Origin: Sedimentisphaeraceae bacterium JB056
GTDB lineage: Bacteria; Planctomycetota; Phycisphaerae; Sedimentisphaerales; Sedimentisphaeraceae
DNA: 64,000 nucleotides
Assembly (NCBI GenBank): GCA_044440125.1
Contig: JBITAJ010000022.1
Location: forward strand, 192,001-256,000
Direction of reading: 5' to 3'
The notes under the pieces are model-generated. The model was not told the DNA's origin. It saw only the letters and a list, made by a program, of their open reading frames with translations, and searched no databases. This document shows positions 37,631 to 46,185 of the stretch, in pieces; position 1 is the stretch's first letter; each line of letters opens with the position of its first letter. The position numbers were made by a program, and so were the translations under genes.

Positions 37631-37741
37631 TTTTTTACAATTCCATCCTTTCGTTGTTACCACATCATCAGTAAAGATTAATATAAATCGCTTGTTTTTC
37701 AAGCTAAAATTTCAGCGACGGCCCGTTTAGCCGCCATTGCA

Positions 37742-39562
37742 TCACGGCATTACCAGATTTCTGTCGGGTCTTGAGAAATTATGACACCAAGAACAGTCCC
37801 TTCTCTTATCCGTAACGTGTTTATTGTGCATATTTGAGAACGACATACCATCTTCGATCCCGTGACACTGAGTACATACACTGGCCATGCTCCCCTTGAG
37901 TGCATAACCAAGATCACCTGTCAAATCCATCCTTGCTGGATCAGTACTTAGAGATTCGTGGCAATCTCCGCAGGATAGGGCATTGTAAGTAGGTTCTACC
38001 GTATGGTTTATTGTCTGATAAGTATGCACTGGAACAAGTGACCATGTACCTGTCATACCTGAGAGCTGCTTACCTTCTTCGACAGCCAAAGCAAAATCAC
38101 CCGTAAGGAAATAAGTACTAGTAGCATGGGGAACAAAAACGCCGTTGCCAAGTATAGCCGAATTGGAGAAATGCTCTTTCATCGGATGTATCTTAGCACC
38201 CGGAGTATTCACCCAACCATTAGGGGCACCAAATTCATACTGACCTGCCGGATTAAGCTGAGCAACCTCCCCGACTGCGTAAACGCGGCTGGTGCCGTCG
38301 TACCATTTATAAGTAGGTACAACGAACATCTCCCTGATATCCTCGGGTACATATCCGCCCTGTCCACCGAAAAGCCCAGGATTCCATACAGGGCTCTCCC
38401 AGTCTCTCTCCATTTCAGTACTGTCAAGTTTGGCGAATGATGGTATATGACAGCTCTGGCAAGCTATCCTGCCGGTATGCTGGTCAAGCCTGGTATTGCT
38501 GTGCGGTGTTTCGGAATGGCAGCCACCGGAGGTACATGTAAGCCTTTCATTGACATCATTTGGACGTAAATCGAGGCCGCGGCCAAGCACATGGTGATTT
38601 GTTGAGGTATGACATTGCTGACAGTTGAAATTTTGCCCTTGCTCAGACATATGAACATCCGCCCACAACGGCGGGCTTACACTTGCCGAACCGAGATCAC
38701 CCCTTTTGCCGCAATCAGTTCCGGCAGCATAAGCGTGGCATCGCAGACATGTGGCCCTTGTAGGCGTATGAACGGTCTGCGCGGCCTGAACGATATCAAT
38801 AGCCATCGCGTTTGCGTTCGGGCCATACTGATAATCACCGTTTGCGTTCTCGGAAGGCAGCATCCATGTTCTGGCTATCCCCTGATAATCAGTAAACATC
38901 ACACTTTCCCGCCATTGATAATTACATGGTGCATCGGGGTCTGTACACATATTCCATTGATCCGAAAACATAGCGTAATCACCCATGTCAATATCGCCTG
39001 ACTGAGCGATATCGGTATATTCACAGCCGGTTACGACATCACAGCCTGTGCTCAGCCATTGCTGTGCAAGATGAACAAGATCGGTGGTGTTGACGTAGCG
39101 ATCAAGATTAAAATCGGCCGAATCAAACGGAGCGACCACCGTACGCGAATACATCGCACTGTGGCACATCAAACAATCTATATTATTGATCTGCTCGATG
39201 CTCGCCTGCGGATCGGGAGCTTTGCCGTTACCGACGTGGCAACCCCAGCAGGCGAATCGTCTGGAAGTAATTACCGTTCCGCAATAGGTATTAAAGCCCC
39301 TGTCAGCCTTGCCCGCGGTACCGGTTAAATTGGTAACGTTAGGCGTCTGCCCAGTCCACTGATAATGCACGGAACTGAACATATCCATAGCCTCTTGTTC
39401 ATGACATCTGGTACATGTACGGGGGCCTTCGTAGCTGTCTATAGCCATATGCTCAGGAACCATCTGAAGCTGTGAAACCTGTGCGAATGAAAATGAGACG
39501 CAAATCAATGCAACTGTCATAAAAACAGTGCCAACCCTTTTTTGTAAAAACAGATCTTTCAT
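37742..39562 (-). CDS. Multiheme cytochrome c (10 heme motifs; octaheme tetrathionate-reductase-like core) with an internal dockerin-like insert
   Basis: CTRCH, CWGCH, CLMCH, CLRCH, CQQCH, CTSGGCH, CQSCH(IP), CGDCH, CTQCH, CSWCH; OTR-like HYQW, GK..NTYC, DVHM and INHTV motifs. Confidence 0.88.
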   Translation of the reverse strand: MKDLFLQKRVGTVFMTVALICVSFSFAQVSQLQMVPEHMAIDSYEGPRTCTRCHEQEAMDMFSSVHYQWTGQTPNVTNLTGTAGKADRGFNTYCGTVITSRRFACWGCHVGNGKAPDPQASIEQINNIDCLMCHSAMYSRTVVAPFDSADFNLDRYVNTTDLVHLAQQWLSTGCDVVTGCEYTDIAQSGDIDMGDYAMFSDQWNMCTDPDAPCNYQWRESVMFTDYQGIARTWMLPSENANGDYQYGPNANAMAIDIVQAAQTVHTPTRATCLRCHAYAAGTDCGKRGDLGSASVSPPLWADVHMSEQGQNFNCQQCHTSTNHHVLGRGLDLRPNDVNERLTCTSGGCHSETPHSNTRLDQHTGRIACQSCHIPSFAKLDSTEMERDWESPVWNPGLFGGQGGYVPEDIREMFVVPTYKWYDGTSRVYAVGEVAQLNPAGQYEFGAPNGWVNTPGAKIHPMKEHFSNSAILGNGVFVPHATSTYFLTGDFALAVEEGKQLSGMTGTWSLVPVHTYQTINHTVEPTYNALSCGDCHESLSTDPARMDLTGDLGYALKGSMASVCTQCHGIEDGMSFSNMHNKHVTDKRRDCSWCHNFSRPDRNLVMP

Positions 39563-39665
39563 GATCCCTCCTAGTGAAACTTATATGCAATTATTAACTC
39601 AATTGTATCACCAAAACCATTTTAATCTATCAGGTTATTCCTTATTTCGTTATTTACGAAAGTCA

Positions 39666-41219
39666 TCAACGACAACCGCCCATTGAGTACTCAGCGGCCA
39701 GTTCTCCAAGATCAAACACATCTACAATACCATCAATAACAATGTCTTCCGGGCATAATATACAGGGAACAAGCCATTTCTGTGTAAGTAAATTCAAATC
39801 GACAAGATCAACAGAGCCACTATCATTTATATCAGCAACACAAACTTCATCTCTCAAGTATTCGTAAGCTGCTGCAACATCGACAAAGCCATATCCATAA
39901 TCATAATCAGGGCCACTCTCGCCCAGATCTTCCGCTGTATATTTCAATGCCTCTATTATCTCCAAAGCCGAGGCACGCCCAAACGCCTGCTTCAGCAACG
40001 CTGCTGCTCCAGCTATATGAGGAGCGGCAATGGACGTTCCCGAAGTATAAGTATATGAAAGAGGAATGACACCACCAAAGGTAAGGTCTGTCGTATTCAC
40101 ACTCACACCCGGTGCAGAAAGCGAAGGAAATATCTCCGAACCGCAAGGTGTCGGACCACGGCTACTGAATGTTGATACGATCTTGCTGCTGTTTACACTG
40201 CCGACTGAAAGAAGCTCCGGGTAATTGGCAGGACTAAGACTCGTTGATTCACCAGGACCAGAATTACCAGCCGAACAAACTACGATAATACCAAGTTGCT
40301 GAAGCAACTGAATATCAGGCAAAAACTCAGTCTCACACTGACCTACCGCATCCGTTATACCCCATGAATTATTCACTATATCAGGGCAGTCATCAGTTGA
40401 TGGATCGCCATCAGGATCGAGAAGCCATTGAAGACATTGATGTATCTTACTGTAAGAGGCCTCATTAGAATCATCGAATATTTTAGCTGCAATCCACTGC
40501 GCGTCAAAGGCTGCCCCTATTGTAATTCCGCTATTATCGCCGCCAACAATAACTCCAGTAACATTGGTGCCGTGACCATCAACATCATAAGGCTCCAGCG
40601 TGAAATTATAAGGATCGTACCAACTATTATTTCCACCTCTCCATTTTGCCGACAAATCGGGGTGAAGGAAATCAACGCCGCTGTCTAACACTGCAACTAC
40701 AACACCGCTGCCCGTAAATCCCATATCCCATAAAGGTGAGACATTTATCAGTTGTATATTTGACTGAGCAACAGATAGAGTCGAAACATTTTGGTTAAAT
40801 ACAGATAATTCGACAATATCATCATATCTTATATCAACTACTCCGTCAAGCAATTCGAGTTCGCTGATAACAGAAACAGGGGCTTTGAGTGACAAAGAAT
40901 TGATAGACCAGAGAGAAACAGGCTCCTTCATATTTTTACTACGGAGAAAATCTTTAACGGCCTTCTGAGAAAGACGAGCGTTTTGCTTGAGTGAAGTAAC
41001 AGCAATCTCTCTAAAAGCCTTAATTGAATGGTTGTTGTTTTTTTTAATATCGGTCTGAGGACTAAAGGTAACAATTACAGGCAACATCTGCCCTTTAGAA
41101 GCAGTTTTAATTTTTTCCTGTAATGATGGAGCCAAAACAGACGATGCTGTTATGCTTTCAAAGCATAACAGCATGAAAATTATAACAATCAAAATGAGGC
41201 TGTGCTCATTATTTCTCAT
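39666..41219 (-). CDS. S8 subtilisin-like serine peptidase with a prodomain and a C-terminal dockerin-like module
   Basis: VLDSG, HGTNVTG, SAGNSG and GTSIAAPH catalytic motifs; ADINDSGSVDLVDL...WL...DGIVDVFDL. Confidence 0.92.
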   Translation of the reverse strand: MRNNEHSLILIVIIFMLLCFESITASSVLAPSLQEKIKTASKGQMLPVIVTFSPQTDIKKNNNHSIKAFREIAVTSLKQNARLSQKAVKDFLRSKNMKEPVSLWSINSLSLKAPVSVISELELLDGVVDIRYDDIVELSVFNQNVSTLSVAQSNIQLINVSPLWDMGFTGSGVVVAVLDSGVDFLHPDLSAKWRGGNNSWYDPYNFTLEPYDVDGHGTNVTGVIVGGDNSGITIGAAFDAQWIAAKIFDDSNEASYSKIHQCLQWLLDPDGDPSTDDCPDIVNNSWGITDAVGQCETEFLPDIQLLQQLGIIVVCSAGNSGPGESTSLSPANYPELLSVGSVNSSKIVSTFSSRGPTPCGSEIFPSLSAPGVSVNTTDLTFGGVIPLSYTYTSGTSIAAPHIAGAAALLKQAFGRASALEIIEALKYTAEDLGESGPDYDYGYGFVDVAAAYEYLRDEVCVADINDSGSVDLVDLNLLTQKWLVPCILCPEDIVIDGIVDVFDLGELAAEYSMGGCR

Positions 41220-41700
41220 AGACCCTGTTTACTTCAATATTTTTAATTTCATTGTCATCAAGTACTATTGAAACTTTATCTCCATCTTCAACAATACGCC
41301 CTGGATTCGCAAATAATATAAAATACACCTTGCCCTCTTTCGGAGGGTTTGAGGTTTGACTCAGAGAGCCAACTTTTGGGGGAGCAGGAACTATAAGCTT
41401 TGCTCCTGTCCTTTCGTGAATCATATAAGGTTTTGTCTTGTCAGTTATAAGCTGCTCTGCTTTCTCTGCATCAGTTACACGATACCTGAAATCAAGCATA
41501 TAACCTTCCGCCGACAACCTCAAACTTTCCGCTTTGATGCCCGGCAATTCTGTAGGCTGCGTACTATAACCGTCACAGCTGCATAAAGATCTGCAGCCGC
41601 CGGTTATAATACATAGAGATGCAATTAAGAATATAGCAAAAAAACTTTTTCTCGACTTTATAGTCTGTCCAATTCTCTCAATCATTTGTGTCTTTTTCAT
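41209..41700 (-). CDS. Hypothetical (probable lipo)protein
   Basis: Hydrophobic stretch ending ITGGC (possible lipobox); start uncertain (MKKTQ or MIERIG). Confidence 0.6.
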   Translation of the reverse strand: MKKTQMIERIGQTIKSRKSFFAIFLIASLCIITGGCRSLCSCDGYSTQPTELPGIKAESLRLSAEGYMLDFRYRVTDAEKAEQLITDKTKPYMIHERTGAKLIVPAPPKVGSLSQTSNPPKEGKVYFILFANPGRIVEDGDKVSIVLDDNEIKNIEVNRVYEK

Positions 41701-41713
41701 ATTAATCAGTATA

Positions 41714-43627
41714 TCAGTTATTATAAGTTTCCGCAAACATCGTAAAGTCTATATAGTCAACATCGTCATCGCCACTGAGATCAGCTGTACACTCTGGACA
41801 ATTCTGATTGAGCCATTGATCAATAAGATCCTGAAGGTTTATCACAGCATTGGCAGCATCAGTGGTTATCATAAGATCTCGAAGCATTCCACCGCCAAGA
41901 CTGTTATTTGTAGTTAAACGCAGTCTCCTGTCATATATCTTGTAACTTCCGGCAGTCTGCGCGGTAAGAATAACATCCTTTGTCTTTGAAGGCGGAAGCA
42001 TCATTGAATACTGTTCTCTCGGGTATTTGTATTTATACCCGTCTTCGGCCACGACGTTCATATAGGAATTACTGATCATAGGCGCATGAGTTTCAAAACC
42101 TATATTGAGAAGCCTGACTAATACTCTCTGGCCTTCCTTACCCGCAAATATCTTCTTGTTCAATGCTGAATAAGGATGGCCGTTTATCATGAAATACTGA
42201 GGCTCATAGTCAACGCAGCTTTTGACAGCTTTATCAGGCCCGTAATTATCAGTGGCAACAGCTTCATGTATAACAGGGTCTATCTCGCTGAAGAGCAACG
42301 TCACATCACTATCATAGAATACACCGTAATACGCCTGTTTTGTCTCAACAGTCGGAAGCACGCCATCAAAAAGAGTATTCATAGCAGAGCCGCCGCTTGG
42401 TGTTACTGATGTCCCCAACGCCTTTACAATCAGACTGCCACCAACCATTCCATCACTGAAATCTGTCTCAGCTTTTGGAGCAAGAACCGTTCCCTTAGGG
42501 TCGCTGTTTGATATATCCAGAGAAACTGCTTCATAAAAATTATAAACTATCTTGGAAGATTGCGCATTATTCAAAGTTGTAACAAGATTACTAAATTGAA
42601 CATTGGTTCCACTAATATTTACAAGGGCTGTTGAGCCTAACGGAATATTAAAAACAAGCGATACAGCATTTGAAAAGTCAGTACCAGTAACGGAAAAAAC
42701 ATTAGTACTGTTATCTGTACCTGTCAGAGTCAAAACTGTCCCATTTAAATTCTCAGTTCCATTGGATGCAAGAGTACCCCAGAACTTGGATGCTTCAAGT
42801 AAATATGAATTAGCTGCTGAAATATCAAGCGGGCTTCTGTCACCAGTTATCATCTTGCCGTAATCAACAAGATTCAAATTAGCATCCCCAAACACATAAA
42901 GATGGCCTGCAGATGCGGAACCTACAGATCCCTCATCGTAAGAAGCAATATTTTCGCCTACAACAAGCTTTGCATCAGAACCGCTAAGTGTTGACGCTAC
43001 AGAAACATTTTGCAGTGAAGCACTGGCTCCTATAGCAGCACTACCCTCTATTGTGCTCTGAGATAGATAAGTATCTTCAAAGACAAGCATGTTATACATA
43101 CCAGCTGGACCCAAATTTTCTACCACAGCATCTTTTGTAACACTGCCGTATAACCCCATCTGCACCTGTATAACTGGATGACAGGCACTATGATAGAGGT
43201 ATGTTCCCGGCCTGAAATCAGACCAGTGATACACATATGCAATATTGTTATGAGCTGGTGCTTCATAGTTGAAAGAACGTATCCTGTCACGATTCTGATC
43301 ATCCGTAAATGAAACTGGCAGCACATAGCTGTTTTGCCCAATTACCATCATAGAGATCGGAACATCAAGGTTGTTGTCAATATATACAGTAAGCGAAGAA
43401 TCATTCTCCGGCACAGTAAGAGCCGGACCGGGTACCGAAACCGTACCGTCCATTGCGCCAAATGCCGAATCCTGAGCAAATCCCCACATGGTAACCTGCT
43501 GACCATCAGGCATGTTTACCACAGTTTCATCGGCACGAAGATAATAACTGATCGCCATAACAGGAGAGCTACATGCTAGAGCAATTAACAACAAAATCGT
43601 AAAGTTTGATATTTTTATTCTCATCAT
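41714..43627 (-). CDS. Degenerate two-cupredoxin-domain MCO-like protein with an inserted choice-of-anchor-A-like domain and a C-terminal dockerin-like module
   Basis: MWGF..VPGPAL, PGTYLYHS..QVQMGLYG, FMINGHPY and VRLLN motifs; insert with VYNFYEA...GTVLAPKA; DLSGDDDVDYIDF. Confidence 0.75.
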   Translation of the reverse strand: MMRIKISNFTILLLIALACSSPVMAISYYLRADETVVNMPDGQQVTMWGFAQDSAFGAMDGTVSVPGPALTVPENDSSLTVYIDNNLDVPISMMVIGQNSYVLPVSFTDDQNRDRIRSFNYEAPAHNNIAYVYHWSDFRPGTYLYHSACHPVIQVQMGLYGSVTKDAVVENLGPAGMYNMLVFEDTYLSQSTIEGSAAIGASASLQNVSVASTLSGSDAKLVVGENIASYDEGSVGSASAGHLYVFGDANLNLVDYGKMITGDRSPLDISAANSYLLEASKFWGTLASNGTENLNGTVLTLTGTDNSTNVFSVTGTDFSNAVSLVFNIPLGSTALVNISGTNVQFSNLVTTLNNAQSSKIVYNFYEAVSLDISNSDPKGTVLAPKAETDFSDGMVGGSLIVKALGTSVTPSGGSAMNTLFDGVLPTVETKQAYYGVFYDSDVTLLFSEIDPVIHEAVATDNYGPDKAVKSCVDYEPQYFMINGHPYSALNKKIFAGKEGQRVLVRLLNIGFETHAPMISNSYMNVVAEDGYKYKYPREQYSMMLPPSKTKDVILTAQTAGSYKIYDRRLRLTTNNSLGGGMLRDLMITTDAANAVINLQDLIDQWLNQNCPECTADLSGDDDVDYIDFTMFAETYNN

Positions 43628-43636
43628 TATTTCTCC

Positions 43637-44893
43637 CTATTGTATCATTACGCCGTGGGGCTCAACAATAAGCATTGTCATCATCCCGCCGGGGAATATA
43701 TCATAATTAACCATTTCTTTTTCGTTATGCGAATGCCACATATAGAAATATCCGCCATTCACATTGAATCCGCCTTCTCCAGGAGGCAGACTTCCCATCG
43801 CTCCAAGGAACGGAGAACCACTATAGCTCGCTCCAAGAGCTATCTCCTTAACATCCGGCATTACAATCGGGAAAGGCTTGCCGTGATCAGGTGCATATTC
43901 TCCAGGTTCCATTGGATCTTCAGGAGAATGTCCATACATATCCCATCCAAGTTTTTCACCTGTCCAGGTGAATATTGCATCAGCCGTCTGGCCGGGAACA
44001 GAGGTCAGAGTAAAATCTGAAACACCCAAATCAGGTCCCCTGCCTTGTTTGCTTGAAAGCAATCTGCCATCTCGGGATATCTGCGTAAAATTGTTACCAT
44101 GTGTATGGAACGGATGCAAGTCTCGCCCGCCTCCAATAAACCTCAGCAGTATCCTGTCTCCGGGATGAAGTCGCGGCATACAGTTATAAGGCTGATTAGG
44201 CAAAAGCGGGCTGTTGTTCGGCAACATAGTATCAGGAGCACACCTACCATTAATAAACCACAGCACAGGCCAGTAACCAGCGAGATCAATATCATCCCAC
44301 TTACCAAGCTGTGCAAGCTCATGTATATCAGGATCCATTTCTGAAAGCAAGAAAAGAAACTCGTAATCGTAAGACGTATCGGCATGATCATAAGCCCAAT
44401 TCTCTCCCTGCGGCACATTTGCCGGCCTGATGATAAGAGCACCTATAAGCCCCATCTCTATCTGCAATTCAGGATTAGTACCGCTATTGTAAAGATATGT
44501 ACCTGGCTTATCAGCAACAAAAGTATACTGAGCAGTGCCTCCATTCGCAAGTGCCTCTGCCGTAATACTTCCATTCTGATCACCAGTAGAGTTTACATTT
44601 AACTGCCCGGGAAAGCTTATAGAGGTTGCAACATCAAGCTGATTCGTAAGATTTATCGTAACCATATCTCCCTGATTAACTTCTATAGTCGGCCCGGGAT
44701 ACTGCATTGTGCCGCCATTAAGAGCATAGCCAAACATGTAATACGAACCACCATCAGGTGTCTGTATATAACCGTCTTTTGCAGTGAGATTGAATGTCGT
44801 ACCAGTGACAGTCATTATCTTGGCGTTCGCAAAAGTTGCCATAATCAGGATAATCAATATTAATCCCGGTAACTTTATCGTTTTAATCTTCAT
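43637..44893 (-). CDS. Two-domain multicopper-oxidase-family protein with Cu ligands only in domain 2
   Basis: YPGPTIEV and PGTYLY in domain 1 without His; HPFHTHG and WHSH in domain 2. Confidence 0.85.
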   Translation of the reverse strand: MKIKTIKLPGLILIILIMATFANAKIMTVTGTTFNLTAKDGYIQTPDGGSYYMFGYALNGGTMQYPGPTIEVNQGDMVTINLTNQLDVATSISFPGQLNVNSTGDQNGSITAEALANGGTAQYTFVADKPGTYLYNSGTNPELQIEMGLIGALIIRPANVPQGENWAYDHADTSYDYEFLFLLSEMDPDIHELAQLGKWDDIDLAGYWPVLWFINGRCAPDTMLPNNSPLLPNQPYNCMPRLHPGDRILLRFIGGGRDLHPFHTHGNNFTQISRDGRLLSSKQGRGPDLGVSDFTLTSVPGQTADAIFTWTGEKLGWDMYGHSPEDPMEPGEYAPDHGKPFPIVMPDVKEIALGASYSGSPFLGAMGSLPPGEGGFNVNGGYFYMWHSHNEKEMVNYDIFPGGMMTMLIVEPHGVMIQ

Positions 44894-44930
44894 AGAATTT
44901 CTCCTTTATATATTTCTCTAAATTCCTGAT

Positions 44931-46145
44931 TTACGGCGCTGCTAATCTGATCTCAGTCATCATACCACCAAAATCCTCTTTATCATTACTCAAATGATGA
45001 AGCTGAGATGCATAGAGCACATAAGTTCCGGGTTCAATACCTTCAGTTTCGAGGATAACATCAACTGCCTGGCCTCCACCGACGGTAACAGAATGAGTAA
45101 TATAACTCGTATCACGCCCGTCAGGGCCTCTCAGCAGCCTGGCTCCTTTGCCTACAACTCTCATTGGTATTCCAGGAACCTCAAGGGTATGGAATGAGGT
45201 TGTGGATAAACTCGATATTCTCAAAGCTATTTTATCCCCTACCGTTCCGGTTATAAGAGAATTGTAAGGTTGAGAAGGCCTGTCCATATAGCCCTCATCA
45301 CTTGCAGTATTCCACAACACATTGGTATCTACAGTATCCGGATAGCCTCGACCGTTGAGCATTGGATATTTGTCATCCATATTCGCGAAAGGCAACGGCT
45401 GCACATTCAAACTGGCGTCATGAAAAGCCGGATCAAATGCAGTTAGCTGCAATGGAAAATCCTCATCGTAATAGGTAGAGCCATCTTCATCATTGTAAAT
45501 ATAAGTATCACCCGTATTATGAGTGTACCCGTTCAACTCCGTACCGCCTGCAAGATTGTCCTGTTTCGGCAATACATAAAGCTGGCCCAACATACCCATC
45601 TGCATGTGCTCAGTGGCCTCAACATGGCAATGCCACATAAATGTGCCCGGCTCAACCACATTATAAAAATATGTAAAACTCGAACCCATATTCACCGAAA
45701 CTGATGCTCCTGGCACACCATCAAATATTGCTGCAGCGTTTGGGAATCCGTGCCAGTGTATCGTATGGGGATCAAACAGGTCGGGCCTACCCATCATTCC
45801 AACATTTGTTAGTGTAAGATAAAGCTTCTGTCCTTCTCTTACAACAATAGTTGGTGAAGGGAAAGTTGCTCCCATCATTTTCTCCATCATCACGTTCTCG
45901 TCGGGTATTCCTGTTGCATCACCAAAACCAAACATGTATTGAAGTTTGCCGTCAGCCATATTTACAAAGCCGTCACCAGCAGACATGTGCAGTCCAACGT
46001 TGTCATTATCAGGATCTCCATCTCCGTCAGTATCAATGCCATCGGTATCAGGATAAAACTGCGAATGAACTTCTGAATATCCCTTCCCGGCAAGAAACAG
46101 TAAACAGAGTAATCCGATCACCATCCAGTTGAATTTCTTCTCCAT
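44931..46145 (-). CDS. Two-domain multicopper-oxidase-family protein with T1 plus T2/T3 ligands in domain 1
   Basis: HTIHWHG and WHCHVEATEHMQMGM; domain 2 degenerate. Confidence 0.88.
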   Translation of the reverse strand: MEKKFNWMVIGLLCLLFLAGKGYSEVHSQFYPDTDGIDTDGDGDPDNDNVGLHMSAGDGFVNMADGKLQYMFGFGDATGIPDENVMMEKMMGATFPSPTIVVREGQKLYLTLTNVGMMGRPDLFDPHTIHWHGFPNAAAIFDGVPGASVSVNMGSSFTYFYNVVEPGTFMWHCHVEATEHMQMGMLGQLYVLPKQDNLAGGTELNGYTHNTGDTYIYNDEDGSTYYDEDFPLQLTAFDPAFHDASLNVQPLPFANMDDKYPMLNGRGYPDTVDTNVLWNTASDEGYMDRPSQPYNSLITGTVGDKIALRISSLSTTSFHTLEVPGIPMRVVGKGARLLRGPDGRDTSYITHSVTVGGGQAVDVILETEGIEPGTYVLYASQLHHLSNDKEDFGGMMTEIRLAAP

Positions 46146-46185
46146 TTTAGAGTTCTCCTTATATTAAATCGCAAAATCGCTCTTG

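Noticed and set aside
37742..39562. OmcZ/OmcS-type nanowire cytochrome
   Set aside because: Motif spacing and the HYQW, GK..NxxC and CHIP motifs fit the OTR family; only the protease adjacency parallels OmcZ
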